A DNA stretch of 64,000 bases, from IMG/VR virus record IMGVR_UViG_2724679237_000005, positions 1-64,000 of that record. One strand, written 5' to 3'. Positions 26,461 through 35,009 of this stretch are shown piece after piece (within the stretch, counting starts at the first letter, position 1; the number at the start of each line of letters is the position of its first letter). Origin of the DNA: a virus. Taxonomy: Duplodnaviria; Heunggongvirae; Uroviricota; Caudoviricetes. The notes under the pieces are model-generated. The model was not told the DNA's origin and did not search any database. It saw only the letters and a list, made by a program, of their open reading frames with translations. The translations under genes and the position numbers were made by a program.

Positions 26461-26885
26461 TAGAGATAAGCATCCAGTGACAACTGAAGCGCCTGGGCGA
26501 TCTTTTTCAGTGCCTGCTCTTCTTGTTCACCAATGCCGTCCTGATCGGCAATATCAAGGCACAGACACAGAACATCGACCGCCTCTGGAGTACCCGCAAT
26601 ATCAGACAGCTCACGAATAGCCTGTGCATTAGCAGAACGAGGGGACGCTTCGTAACGAGCACGGATATTGGCGCTCATTTGGGCAATTTCACCAGCAAAC
26701 GGAGAAAACGCAGGCAGAGCTGCAATTGTCTTCTCAAGAATGGCAATTTCTTTTGCGTCACATGTGCCGTCGGCATAGGAGATCATGTACGCGCCCCACA
26801 CGGTGGCCTCAACCGCATCACGGTTCTCCATTTTTTTGACTTCGATAACAGCTTTACGAGTTTTCTTTTTGAAGAAACCTAACAT
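26460..26885 (-). CDS. TerB-like (tellurite-resistance TerB fold) protein
   Basis: 141 aa with paired acidic helices typical of TerB: ADGTCDAKEIAILEKTI and ADQDGIGEQEEQALKKIAQAL. Confidence 0.55.
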   Translation of the reverse strand: MLGFFKKKTRKAVIEVKKMENRDAVEATVWGAYMISYADGTCDAKEIAILEKTIAALPAFSPFAGEIAQMSANIRARYEASPRSANAQAIRELSDIAGTPEAVDVLCLCLDIADQDGIGEQEEQALKKIAQALQLSLDAYL

Positions 26886-26907
26886 GTGTTTTCCTTTTAT
26901 TATTTGT

Positions 26908-26940
26908 CAAAACAAGTTGTTTTCTAATTACATAAATTGC
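26908..26940 (-). promoter_or_regulatory. A-type promoter/leader motif
   Basis: caaaacaagttgttttctaattacataaattgc. Confidence 0.5.
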
Positions 26941-26978
26941 TTACGCAGAGATGGTCAATGCATATGCACTAACAGCCG

Positions 26979-27167
26979 TCAGAAATAACCAAGTACCGAA
27001 CCAACTGGAAAAACAAAAATCCCAACTACACGAGCCAAGGTCATGCCAGCCTGAAACTGGAGATCGCCAGAGCAAACAAGTTTTATAATGTTCGATACCC
27101 AACCGGCGGCCATGAGGGCCAGAATTGCCAGCCAAATTTTTCCAAAATGATTTGAAAACCAGTTCAT
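26979..27167 (-). CDS. 62-aa membrane protein
   Basis: Two hydrophobic segments (IWLAILALMAAGWV and VVGIFVFPVGSVLGYF). The start overlaps the stop of the 27164-27415 ORF (4 nt). Confidence 0.5.
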   Translation of the reverse strand: MNWFSNHFGKIWLAILALMAAGWVSNIIKLVCSGDLQFQAGMTLARVVGIFVFPVGSVLGYF

Positions 27168-27415
27168 ACAACCGCCTTAGTCACAGCATGATCCTGAGTA
27201 ACTGGATGAACTTGAGGTATCGCATCCACCGCCATCCCATCCAGAGTGACAGGACGCTCCACTGGAGTGGTGGTAATTGTCGTCGACGAAGGTGTGGTGA
27301 TGGATGAATCCGGCATCAAAAGGCTCTGACCGGCTGGAACGGCTACCGTCGCCAGTGAAACTATAATGAGAACGTAGGCCATTGGTTTCAGCCTCTTTCT
27401 TTGAAAATTTTCCAT
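27164..27415 (-). CDS. possible exported Thr/Pro-rich protein
   Basis: The internal ATG gives MAYVLIIVSLATVAVPAG, which is signal or TM-like. The stop is coupled to the next ORF. It overlaps the 27177-27671 ORF in another frame, so only one of the two may be real here. Confidence 0.35.
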   Translation of the reverse strand: MENFQRKRLKPMAYVLIIVSLATVAVPAGQSLLMPDSSITTPSSTTITTTPVERPVTLDGMAVDAIPQVHPVTQDHAVTKAVV

Positions 27416-27671
27416 CCGAACGGTCCTTGTTGTTTTTCTCCTTCACTAAAGGCCGTGCATTTTTCGCTTCACATGAAGAACTGGAGGTTACAATCGCCCC
27501 CACGTTCGCAACAACTGACGCTTGCTTATCTAAACGTGCCTTCAGCACCAGAACGGTAGTTTCCAATTCATCAAGACGTGACAGAAGGCGACCGCTAAAT
27601 AATTCGGCCAAAATTTGACGTAAAGAACGAGGGCGTTTAGTTGCAGGAGTTAAAAAAAATTGACGTGCCAT
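27177..27671 (-). CDS. hypothetical protein with a coiled-coil N-terminus and a Ser/Gly/Cys/His-rich tail
   Basis: 164 aa. The unique N-terminal part (27416-27671) has a good start context. The tail HHHTFVDDNYHHSSGASCHSGWDGGGCDTSSSSSYSGSCCD overlaps the alternative frame. Confidence 0.4.
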   Translation of the reverse strand: MARQFFLTPATKRPRSLRQILAELFSGRLLSRLDELETTVLVLKARLDKQASVVANVGAIVTSSSSCEAKNARPLVKEKNNKDRSDGKFSKKEAETNGLRSHYSFTGDGSRSSRSEPFDAGFIHHHTFVDDNYHHSSGASCHSGWDGGGCDTSSSSSYSGSCCD

Positions 27672-27800
27672 ATGGACTCCATCCAGTGTCAGAAAGAGTT
27701 GCGGCTGGCGATTGCCAGCCGCCTTTCTCGTTCCATCCTGGAACTGTGTCTTACCGACACATTGTCATCCTGACGCCGATAAGATACATGATTTAAAATG

Positions 27801-27820
27801 ATAGGTAAACACTTACTTAC
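27801..27820. promoter_or_regulatory. B-type palindromic operator-like motif
   Basis: ataggtaaacacttacttac. Confidence 0.5.
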
Positions 27821-28410
27821 TACTTGTTATAAACAAAACCAATATCTTTCTTGTGAGGCATATCTGCTGCGGAAAAAGCTGCGATCTTCGCGAGTCGATC
27901 ACATATTTCATTTTCACGATGCCCGGCGTGGCCTTTAACCCACTTCCAGCGAACATTATGTCGACTTGCGGCCTCATCCAGACGCTTCCACAGATCAACA
28001 TTCTTTACCGGTTTTTTGTCAGAAGTCATCCATCCATTGCGTTTCCACCATTTCATCCACAGTGTCATGCCGTTTTTCAGATACTGGCTATCAGAGTGCA
28101 AAATAACGTTGCATGGATATTTCAAACGCTCCAGCCCGATAAGTGCCCCCATCATCTCCATGCGGTTATTGGTGGTGCTATGAAAACCATCTGAGAACTC
28201 GCGTTCCTCTCCACGATACTGAAGAACGATACCGTAACCGCCCGGGCCACCCGGATTTTTAAGGCAAGAGCCATCACTGAAGATTTTCACGGTTTTAAGC
28301 TGGGGATTGAACTCTACGACAGGCGTTGTGGGATTGGTGCGGGGAGAATTTTTGTTTTTGGCTTTTTTGCGAGTTTTTGCTTGCGATCGGGCTGGTGTCT
28401 TCGTCGTCAT
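27820..28410 (-). CDS. ribonuclease HI with a basic N-terminal extension
   Basis: ATG at 28410 follows SD caggag. RNase H catalytic pattern is present: [34 protein letters not shown]. Confidence 0.85.
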   Translation of the reverse strand: MTTKTPARSQAKTRKKAKNKNSPRTNPTTPVVEFNPQLKTVKIFSDGSCLKNPGGPGGYGIVLQYRGEEREFSDGFHSTTNNRMEMMGALIGLERLKYPCNVILHSDSQYLKNGMTLWMKWWKRNGWMTSDKKPVKNVDLWKRLDEAASRHNVRWKWVKGHAGHRENEICDRLAKIAAFSAADMPHKKDIGFVYNK

Positions 28411-28974
28411 ATAAACTCCTGAATCAAGCGCCGCGCCGATTTTTTCCTCGCGCGTGCGCACACGCGTGCGTGTTAATAATTATTAAAATAAACAAATTAC
28501 TTCCCAGAACAGGTTTTTATAAACCTGAACTGAACGAACGAAGTGAGTGAAGTTCACCTCGAACGAAGTGAGAGGTTGTCTTTTCAGGTAATACTCTCCC
28601 AGGGAGGTGAGTATAAAATTCCTCACCAACCTGGTCGTTTCATAACCTGAAAAGCTATGGTCTAAGTCTACTGCCAGCTTAGACTTGGGAAGTTATGGAT
28701 GACAGCACCCCAGAACCGAGATCTTCCCACACTTTATGAAGGGGAGTACTGGATTCAACCTCTCGAAACCCCCCAGACTCGACAATCATAAAGTGACCCT
28801 TGTCTCTGCTCACTTTGGTTCCCCCTTCCCCGACACCTAAACGGCACCAGTTCTACGCTGGTAGTGAGCTTTTTTAAACCTGACGCCAGTGACGCTTACC
28901 CCCACCCATCAGGTCGAGTCTCCAGTCTACGACTGGAAACTATCAGATCTTAGCACTTACAATTCATCTTATGA

Positions 28975-28993
28975 ATAGTTTGTACTTATCTAT
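28975..28993. promoter_or_regulatory. degenerate B-type motif upstream of the long non-coding leader
   Basis: atagtttgtacttatctat. Only the right half matches the consensus. Confidence 0.3.
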
Positions 28994-29223
28994 CATTGCG
29001 ATTGATTATTTTCTCGACCATGTAGTTGAACATTCAAGGCAAACACCTCGTTGATCAACTCACCTAAAAGCTGTTCAACAAGTTCGCGATGCTCCCCAAG
29101 ATGCAAGCACTTAATTGCCCATTCGTACAAGTTGAAAGCCTGCTCGCGATCTTTCATCATTTCACGGGCTTGGGCCAGAAAATCGCTCTCTACGAGCGCA
29201 ACGACATTAGTCGGGTATGACAT
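28993..29223 (-). CDS. hypothetical small protein
   Basis: 76-aa ORF, helical. Confidence 0.5.
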   Translation of the reverse strand: MSYPTNVVALVESDFLAQAREMMKDREQAFNLYEWAIKCLHLGEHRELVEQLLGELINEVFALNVQLHGRENNQSQ

Positions 29224-29329
29224 GTTAGTTTTCCTTAAAGTGGTTCATAAAATCGATTTTAAAGCGTCTGGGAAGGGGTTCTAGTGGATTCTGTAGTGAT
29301 GTTCAGGTCTGGAGTCTCTGATACAAAAC

Positions 29330-29388
29330 AGCCTGCTTCTGTATATTAATAATTAATATGTAGTTATTTATATATACAGAAGCAGGCT
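29330..29388 (-). terminator. long-stem terminator after the Dam-like gene
   Basis: agcctgcttctgtatat / atatacagaagcaggct is a 17-bp perfect stem with a 25-nt all-AT loop. GTTTTGTATC follows on the minus strand. Confidence 0.7.
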
Positions 29389-29409
29389 AATTACAGACGC
29401 CAGAACAAA

Positions 29410-30003
29410 CTAAGCAGCCTTCTTTGATGGTCTTTTTTTCCTGATCACATTCGCAGGATCATACCCTCCCAGACTTTTCATGACGTCCAAAGGGATCTTG
29501 CTTATAGAGTGCCCAGCGTCCTGACAGAATCCTCGAAAAACAACGAGCATACTGCCACCGGGGTTGATGTTTACTTCTACCTGACCCAAATTGACGTCAG
29601 GCTCGACAAACGCTACGCGGCCACCAGACAGAATAATCGTCTCATTCGCACACTCTGTTGCACGCTCATACCACTTTGTATCGAGGGATTGAGGAATTAG
29701 CATCACTGTTGTAACTCCGCGAGCCTGCTCACGTATAGCCGCATCAATCCAGGGGGAGATTTTGGAGTAGGGTGGATTGAGGAAGGCAATTGTACCTGGC
29801 TGTCCCCATTCAGATTTCAAAGCATCACGCTCAACGCCTATGAAATTAGGCAGCTTTGCATTGTCCTTGTTGCAGGCAACGTCAACATCAAATGTCACTC
29901 CAAGATAACGTTGAATGGCAGAAAACAGCCAGTCAGGTGTTCTCCAGAGGTCACGAAGAGAGTTGTCGCGCTTTCGCTGTTTGATTTTTTCGGCTGCAAT
30001 CAT
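29410..30003 (-). CDS. phage-type DNA N6-adenine methyltransferase (Dam-like)
   Basis: 197 aa. DLWRTPDWLF...FDVDVACNKDNAKL...AFLNPPYS matches the phage Dam family pattern. Confidence 0.8.
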   Translation of the reverse strand: MIAAEKIKQRKRDNSLRDLWRTPDWLFSAIQRYLGVTFDVDVACNKDNAKLPNFIGVERDALKSEWGQPGTIAFLNPPYSKISPWIDAAIREQARGVTTVMLIPQSLDTKWYERATECANETIILSGGRVAFVEPDVNLGQVEVNINPGGSMLVVFRGFCQDAGHSISKIPLDVMKSLGGYDPANVIRKKRPSKKAA

Positions 30004-30014
30004 CTTCTTTCTCG

Positions 30015-30034
30015 ATAGGTAAGTGATTACCTAT
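30015..30034. promoter_or_regulatory. B-type palindromic operator-like motif
   Basis: ataggtaagtgattacctat has perfect 8-bp arms and a 4-bp spacer, 12 nt upstream of the Dam-like start. Confidence 0.6.
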
Positions 30035-30186
30035 TTTTGCATTTGATTTTATGTCTGGCAATCAAATAAAACGCGCCAGAAATGCAAACGAGAAGCTCTC
30101 TGGCGCGTTTTTGTGGTGCTGGGTATGTGATTGGCTTACCCAGCACTATAAAGCTCTCTATGGGCTTTATTTTCAGTAGGGGAACG

Positions 30187-30996
30187 TCATCCAATAGTGT
30201 ACTCCGCGACAAACTTCTTAACGATCGGTGATTCTTCGTTCAATGTTAGATTTCCACCGTCTCTAACGGCAATTCCTGTCGCTGGAAATACAGCCATCAT
30301 TTGACCAGCCTGAGTTGACGCAGTGTTAAGCGGATACGGTTTTTCTGGATTGCTCATTAAAGCAATCTTAATACTATTACTTGTAGCCTTCTTTTCTGTG
30401 AGAAGGTGTCTCATGGAAATTACCGTGTAAACACTAATATCTGGACCTCCGCTAAACCAATTAAGAAGGTTTAATATCTTATCCTTCGCTTTGACAGGCG
30501 CGTTTTCGTAAGCGTCTAAGAAAGTATCTTTTTCTAAGCCTGCTTTATTGAAAAACGAATCATCTTTATCACTTAAAGTGAAACGAGGACCTCTTGCAGT
30601 ACGAGCTTTTTTATTTGTATTGCTATCATTTGACTGTTGAACTTTTAATTCTTCATTAACCTCAACACACCCTTCAACCTCAATAAATCCCAATTGTTCT
30701 GGCTCGTTTACGGCAGCTTCAACACTTTCAGCGTTAATTACGTTTATAGGCTCATGCGCTAACTCCAACTCATTTAAAGCAGAGCTGAAATCACCTGCTT
30801 TTTCTTCATTGAACAGTTCTTCGGCAACATCATCAGAACTCATGGCTACGCCAGCATCGAGGCCGAGCAGCAGATCGTCAATATCATCAGTATTTTCAAC
30901 CTGTGCAGCTTTTTTTACTGGTTCATCAAGTGATTGCAACATGGCTGTCAGCTCGTCCAGATCATCATTTGTCATTACAGTTTCAACCGAACTCAT
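30187..30996 (-). CDS. hypothetical protein with a highly acidic N-terminal half
   Basis: 269-aa ORF. The first ~110 aa are Asp/Glu-rich. Confidence 0.55.
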   Translation of the reverse strand: MSSVETVMTNDDLDELTAMLQSLDEPVKKAAQVENTDDIDDLLLGLDAGVAMSSDDVAEELFNEEKAGDFSSALNELELAHEPINVINAESVEAAVNEPEQLGFIEVEGCVEVNEELKVQQSNDSNTNKKARTARGPRFTLSDKDDSFFNKAGLEKDTFLDAYENAPVKAKDKILNLLNWFSGGPDISVYTVISMRHLLTEKKATSNSIKIALMSNPEKPYPLNTASTQAGQMMAVFPATGIAVRDGGNLTLNEESPIVKKFVAEYTIG

Positions 30997-31154
30997 GTAA
31001 GTCTCCTTCTGTTTGGTTACATTTGCGTTTCGATGGCTACATTTTGACTAAACCTATCAGGCGGAAAAGTATTAAATACAGGCAGGAAATGATTGAAAGG
31101 CGACTGTTCTTTAAAAGAAAGCCTACTTTAAACTTTTTAAAGTAGGCTTTTGTT

Positions 31155-31715
31155 TTACACAATTTCAGAGGGTAATTTAAAAAATCCGTACTTGTTACGT
31201 GCCTTAAAAAAGCATTGCATCATTAAGTTTGTGTCATATAAGGCACTATGTGCTTTGGCATGATCGTATATAAAGCCAAGAGAGAAGGCCAATTCTTCAA
31301 GGCGAGGACGTTTACCGTCTTCTGTGGCCCACAATCCCGATAACATAGTATCTATAACGGGAACGTCTGGCAGTCTTACTCCATACCCTGAAAACTCGTG
31401 TCTAATAAATGGTATATCAAACGCTTCGCCGTTATGAGCAACCCACGCACTACATGCCTCCATATAAGCGCCAATTTCGCTGGCATGATTTGACAACAAA
31501 GGTTCAGCTGCCAGCTGTTCTAATGAAATGCCATGAACGGCCTGAGCTTTCGGATCTATGTTTCTGCGAGGGTTAAAACGCATCTCCAGACTATCAATAT
31601 GTCTCTGTGTCTCCAGTTCATAGCGGGTAATTGCGATTTCAATAATTTTATGACCAGCAAGGAAATCCAGCCCCGTAGACTCGATATCGATGCCTGCAAC
31701 AATCGTTGTCATCAA
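31155..31715 (-). CDS. DnaQ-like 3'-5' exonuclease (DEDDh)
   Basis: Exo I GIDIESTG, Exo II HNGEAFDIPF, Exo III HSALYDTN. Confidence 0.75.
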   Translation of the reverse strand: MMTTIVAGIDIESTGLDFLAGHKIIEIAITRYELETQRHIDSLEMRFNPRRNIDPKAQAVHGISLEQLAAEPLLSNHASEIGAYMEACSAWVAHNGEAFDIPFIRHEFSGYGVRLPDVPVIDTMLSGLWATEDGKRPRLEELAFSLGFIYDHAKAHSALYDTNLMMQCFFKARNKYGFFKLPSEIV

Positions 31716-31721
31716 AACTCC

Positions 31722-32141
31722 TTACAACTTCTTAGCGCCCTTAAGTAGTGCGCTACGTACAAATTGAGCCGCTTTTTTCAAAGTTTCTTCACTGGTTTCA
31801 CATACAACCGGATCTTTCCACTTACCTGACGCCGTGTTGAGAATGTTGATTTGGTTGCTATCCAGACAAACAGAGACGTAAAGCACCGTGCCACCAGCCA
31901 GCATCAAATGCATAGGAAACAGAGGCTTTTTACTGCCTTCACTGAACTGAGACATGGCGATGTCAATGGCTTCACCTACTTGTGCGCCAACAAGCCCCTG
32001 CACAGTTTCGAATATGGCACGAATAGCCAGACGAGCCTCTCGATCGCTCATAAGCGACCGGGAATGTTCGTCCGCTACACGAATCAAAGCCTCTGTTGTT
32101 TTCCGATCCAGTTCATCTTCAAGCAACAGTTCACTAAACAT
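31722..32141 (-). CDS. hypothetical protein
   Basis: 139-aa ORF, 6 nt upstream of the exonuclease gene. Confidence 0.5.
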   Translation of the reverse strand: MFSELLLEDELDRKTTEALIRVADEHSRSLMSDREARLAIRAIFETVQGLVGAQVGEAIDIAMSQFSEGSKKPLFPMHLMLAGGTVLYVSVCLDSNQINILNTASGKWKDPVVCETSEETLKKAAQFVRSALLKGAKKL

Positions 32142-32202
32142 TTTTTATCCTTAACCCATTTTGAGAGTTTTATTGTCGCAATGTCGAAGAGGCGAACAAT
32201 TT

Positions 32203-32847
32203 CTAATGAACGGTTACTCGGCCACAGAAGCGGTTTTCTATCTTTTCTACCGCGTTATCGAGCATTCTCATCACTGATCTGGCTCTTGCTTCAACCGTGC
32301 GATATCGGTTGGAAACGACGAAGGTTTGCAGATCTCCCCTTTGCGGATGCAGGTGAATTTTTGTCAGTTCCCCGCACATCAACGCATCAATACGAGCGAC
32401 ATACAGACGGTCTAATGATGCTCGTTGTGATCGCAAGTAATCTCGCTCTGAGAGAGCGACTCCCGGGCGTAAGCCAGCAATGGCGTTAAAGTTTGAAATA
32501 GCAGTTTTGTGGCAAAACTTTTCGATATCGAGGGCTAACTCAATACACCGATCTTCATTTGTATGGCCGACCAAATCCAACGTGTAGGCCATAACATCAG
32601 CAGGTGTGCGATCGATAACAAAGCCTTCAACACCACGTGTAAGTAGCTCTATATGCTTTGCTATTTCCATTTGAATCTGAAGCCGCTCATATAGAGGCAT
32701 AGACTCACCTACTCGAACACCGAGGCGGCTCATCAAACTTCCGACACCAGCATCCACGTAAGGGATTCCGTAATGTTTGTCGATATATTTAGCCAGGGTT
32801 GTTTTCCCACTGCCCTGAGCACCAGTGATCCCAATCCGGTAATCCAT
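32203..32847 (-). CDS. P-loop nucleotide-kinase-like protein
   Basis: 214 aa. Walker A GAQGSGKTT at the N-terminus and DRTP as a Walker B/lid-like element. Sits among nucleotide-metabolism genes. Confidence 0.5.
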   Translation of the reverse strand: MDYRIGITGAQGSGKTTLAKYIDKHYGIPYVDAGVGSLMSRLGVRVGESMPLYERLQIQMEIAKHIELLTRGVEGFVIDRTPADVMAYTLDLVGHTNEDRCIELALDIEKFCHKTAISNFNAIAGLRPGVALSERDYLRSQRASLDRLYVARIDALMCGELTKIHLHPQRGDLQTFVVSNRYRTVEARARSVMRMLDNAVEKIENRFCGRVTVH

Positions 32848-33323
32848 TACGACCTTCTGTATACGATCTGCGAAAAGCCAGGCTCTTCCTCGCTGGCTCG
32901 TTGGGTATAAGCTGTTTCAACAGGCACAAAGCCTAAGTTACGCATCATGCTTGCCGGGAAGAATGCATCAGCGTTTGGTACATCAACGCCGATGTGGGAG
33001 AGCCAAATCTCTTCAACATGCGGCATGAATAGCGAGTAAATTTGTTCCCCGCCAATCACCCACACAGGCTCTGGTAATCGCAACACATCATCCACACCAG
33101 CAGGGTAGAATCCATTTGGTACAAAGCCATGAGAGCGCGTCAAAACGAGGTTATGACGCTCTGGAAGAGGGCGTTTGAGACTTTCCATCGTTTTACGCCC
33201 CATAACGACAGTGGCGTTTTTGGTGAGTCTCTTAAATAGCTTCAGATCGGTAGAACAGCGCCAGGGCAGTTCGTTCGCTATGCCGATCTCATAGTTACGG
33301 CCAACAGCAGCTATCATCTTCAT
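32847..33323 (-). CDS. folA: dihydrofolate reductase
   Basis: 158 aa. IGIANELPWR, VVMGRKTMESL and VWVIGGEQIY are typical DHFR motifs. Confidence 0.85.
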   Translation of the reverse strand: MKMIAAVGRNYEIGIANELPWRCSTDLKLFKRLTKNATVVMGRKTMESLKRPLPERHNLVLTRSHGFVPNGFYPAGVDDVLRLPEPVWVIGGEQIYSLFMPHVEEIWLSHIGVDVPNADAFFPASMMRNLGFVPVETAYTQRASEEEPGFSQIVYRRS

Positions 33324-33733
33324 TTGCTCACCTCATAGATGACCGGTCTATGATGAGAGTCAGCTAAAGCGGCACGGAGTCGAGGATCGTGCACCAGCGC
33401 AGCGATAAGCAGATCGCCTTTATGCTCCGCTAATGTGCGTTTAATATGCTTCTCATAACTGGTGCTATTCGGTACGAGATGAAGCCAGTCGTAATCAACG
33501 CCAAAATCTTTCAGCCATCGTTTAGTGGGCGCTTCAAGAGTTTCAGAGCGGCTACTGATAAGCACCACTTCAGCCCCTGAGCGAGCAAAACCACGCAACA
33601 TACGGCTGGTGGGGAAAATGAGTTCATCACCGGCAATGAGCTGGCCTGCATCCGCGTCAGATACAGATTTACGATGGCTGGTATTTGCCAGCACACCTTC
33701 AATTTCGCATAAGACATACATACCTCTTGCCAT
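33320..33733 (-). CDS. hypothetical protein (weak HAD-like pattern)
   Basis: ATG at 33733 (MARGMYVLCEIEGVL). The layout resembles HAD motif I, but the catalytic Asp residues are replaced by Glu. Confidence 0.4.
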   Translation of the reverse strand: MARGMYVLCEIEGVLANTSHRKSVSDADAGQLIAGDELIFPTSRMLRGFARSGAEVVLISSRSETLEAPTKRWLKDFGVDYDWLHLVPNSTSYEKHIKRTLAEHKGDLLIAALVHDPRLRAALADSHHRPVIYEVSK

Positions 33734-33734
33734 A

Positions 33735-34838
33735 TCACACCGCCACTGGAACCTTGATCCACGGTAGAGGGTCATAGCCAAGAATTAAAACCTCGTCCCA
33801 TTTGAAATCATCCAACTCTGACCATTCATGAGGGAAAATAACGACCGGATCTGAATGCTCTGGAGCCTGTCGTTTCATTAGCTCACACACACCTTCCATG
33901 TGGTTGTTGTACAAATGCACGTCAAAGCCAAAATGCACAAATGCACCGGCCATGTGACCCGTAATCTTCGCGAGAAAATGAGTGAGAATGCCATAGCCAG
34001 CAATATTGAATGGCATACCAACAAAAGTGTCTACGCTACGCTGTACGAGGCAGGAGTTGAGGATGCGTTTGGGGATTCCAAGTTCATCCAGTTCGGCTTC
34101 AGTAACACTGCCGTCCATCTCCAGATCGTATAGCATCTTGGTGTAGATAGACTCGTAACCGAGGCGACTGTGTTGAAGACCAATGTCAGTTGCCATCGTT
34201 AAACGGGTTTCAAAATCCAGCTCACGACTCCACAAAGAGAAGACAAAGTGGCAAGGTGGCAGCTTCATATCCTCAAGCTCGCCTACGTTCCATGCGTTAA
34301 GCATGATGCGACGATCGGTAGGGTTCGTGCGCAGTGTATCGACAATACGCTGTAGCTGATCGATTTCACGGGACAGCACTACGCGATCTTCACAGATACC
34401 CAGGTATCCCTCGACTTTGTACCCGCGTTCACGGAAAGTAGCGATCTTGCTCAGATATTCACTATGGCTCACGATGCGGGTATCTTCCCATCGACGCCAC
34501 TGCTTACCGTAAACCGGCCCCAAATCGCCATTCTCATCGGCCCATGCATCCCAAATCTTAACGCCGTTATCCTTGAGAAATTGGATGTTGCCCGTGCCTT
34601 TCAGATACCACTCAAGTTCGACAAGTAGTGGCTTAAGATTTACCGCCTTTCCAGAAATAAGCGGCACAGTCCCACCAGTAAGCATGTAGTAAGAGGGAAC
34701 GTAGCAGGTGCTTAAAGTACCAGTGCCTGTGCGATCATCAGCCTGCACGCCGCTTTTAAGCACCGTCTCAATAACTTTTGCATACGATGCGTTTGTTACC
34801 TGACCGTTCGTATGCTCACGATTCAAAAGGAGTGACAC
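33735..34838 (-). CDS. thyA: thymidylate synthase (ThyA family, with insertions)
   Basis: 367 aa with a GTG start. DRTGTGT, catalytic LPPCH, GMPFNIAGY (Asn = dUMP-type) and DVHLYNNH. About 100 aa longer than E. coli ThyA. Confidence 0.8.
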   Translation of the reverse strand: MSLLLNREHTNGQVTNASYAKVIETVLKSGVQADDRTGTGTLSTCYVPSYYMLTGGTVPLISGKAVNLKPLLVELEWYLKGTGNIQFLKDNGVKIWDAWADENGDLGPVYGKQWRRWEDTRIVSHSEYLSKIATFRERGYKVEGYLGICEDRVVLSREIDQLQRIVDTLRTNPTDRRIMLNAWNVGELEDMKLPPCHFVFSLWSRELDFETRLTMATDIGLQHSRLGYESIYTKMLYDLEMDGSVTEAELDELGIPKRILNSCLVQRSVDTFVGMPFNIAGYGILTHFLAKITGHMAGAFVHFGFDVHLYNNHMEGVCELMKRQAPEHSDPVVIFPHEWSELDDFKWDEVLILGYDPLPWIKVPVAV

Positions 34839-34853
34839 AATAACCTCACAAAG

Positions 34854-34869
34854 ATAAGTAATTACTTAT
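34854..34869. promoter_or_regulatory. B-type palindromic operator-like motif
   Basis: ataagtaattacttat is a perfect 16-bp palindrome ~15 nt upstream of the thyA start. Confidence 0.6.
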
Positions 34870-35009
34870 TCATTGCGTGAGTTTACATTTATTGAGGGGA
34901 CAAGGCCAGATAGATAAAAAAATGGTGGCCATAGGCCACCAAAAACGAATAGTTGTTTCAGGAATTTAACGCGCCAACACAATATACATAGATAGATAAC
35001 TACCTACAA

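Noticed and set aside
28500-28990. A tRNA, tmRNA, hammerhead or retron msr/msd hidden in the structured non-coding region.
   Set aside because: I could find no T-loop (GTTCRANYC) or acceptor pairing and no CUGAUGA...GAAA hammerhead core. No reverse transcriptase gene lies nearby. I kept it only as an unclassified structured region.
29330-29388. 17-bp perfect inverted repeat with an AT-only loop, considered as an origin or recombination site.
   Set aside because: Its position directly after the Dam-like stop codon and the following U-rich tract on the coding strand make an intrinsic terminator the sufficient explanation.
33735-34838. The ThyA homologue as a dUMP/dCMP hydroxymethylase implying hypermodified DNA.
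   Set aside because: The Asn in PFNIAGY indicates dUMP specificity, the LPPCH and DRTGTGT motifs are intact, and a DHFR gene (needed only if dihydrofolate is produced) lies two genes downstream (one short ORF between). An ordinary thymidylate synthase is the simpler reading.
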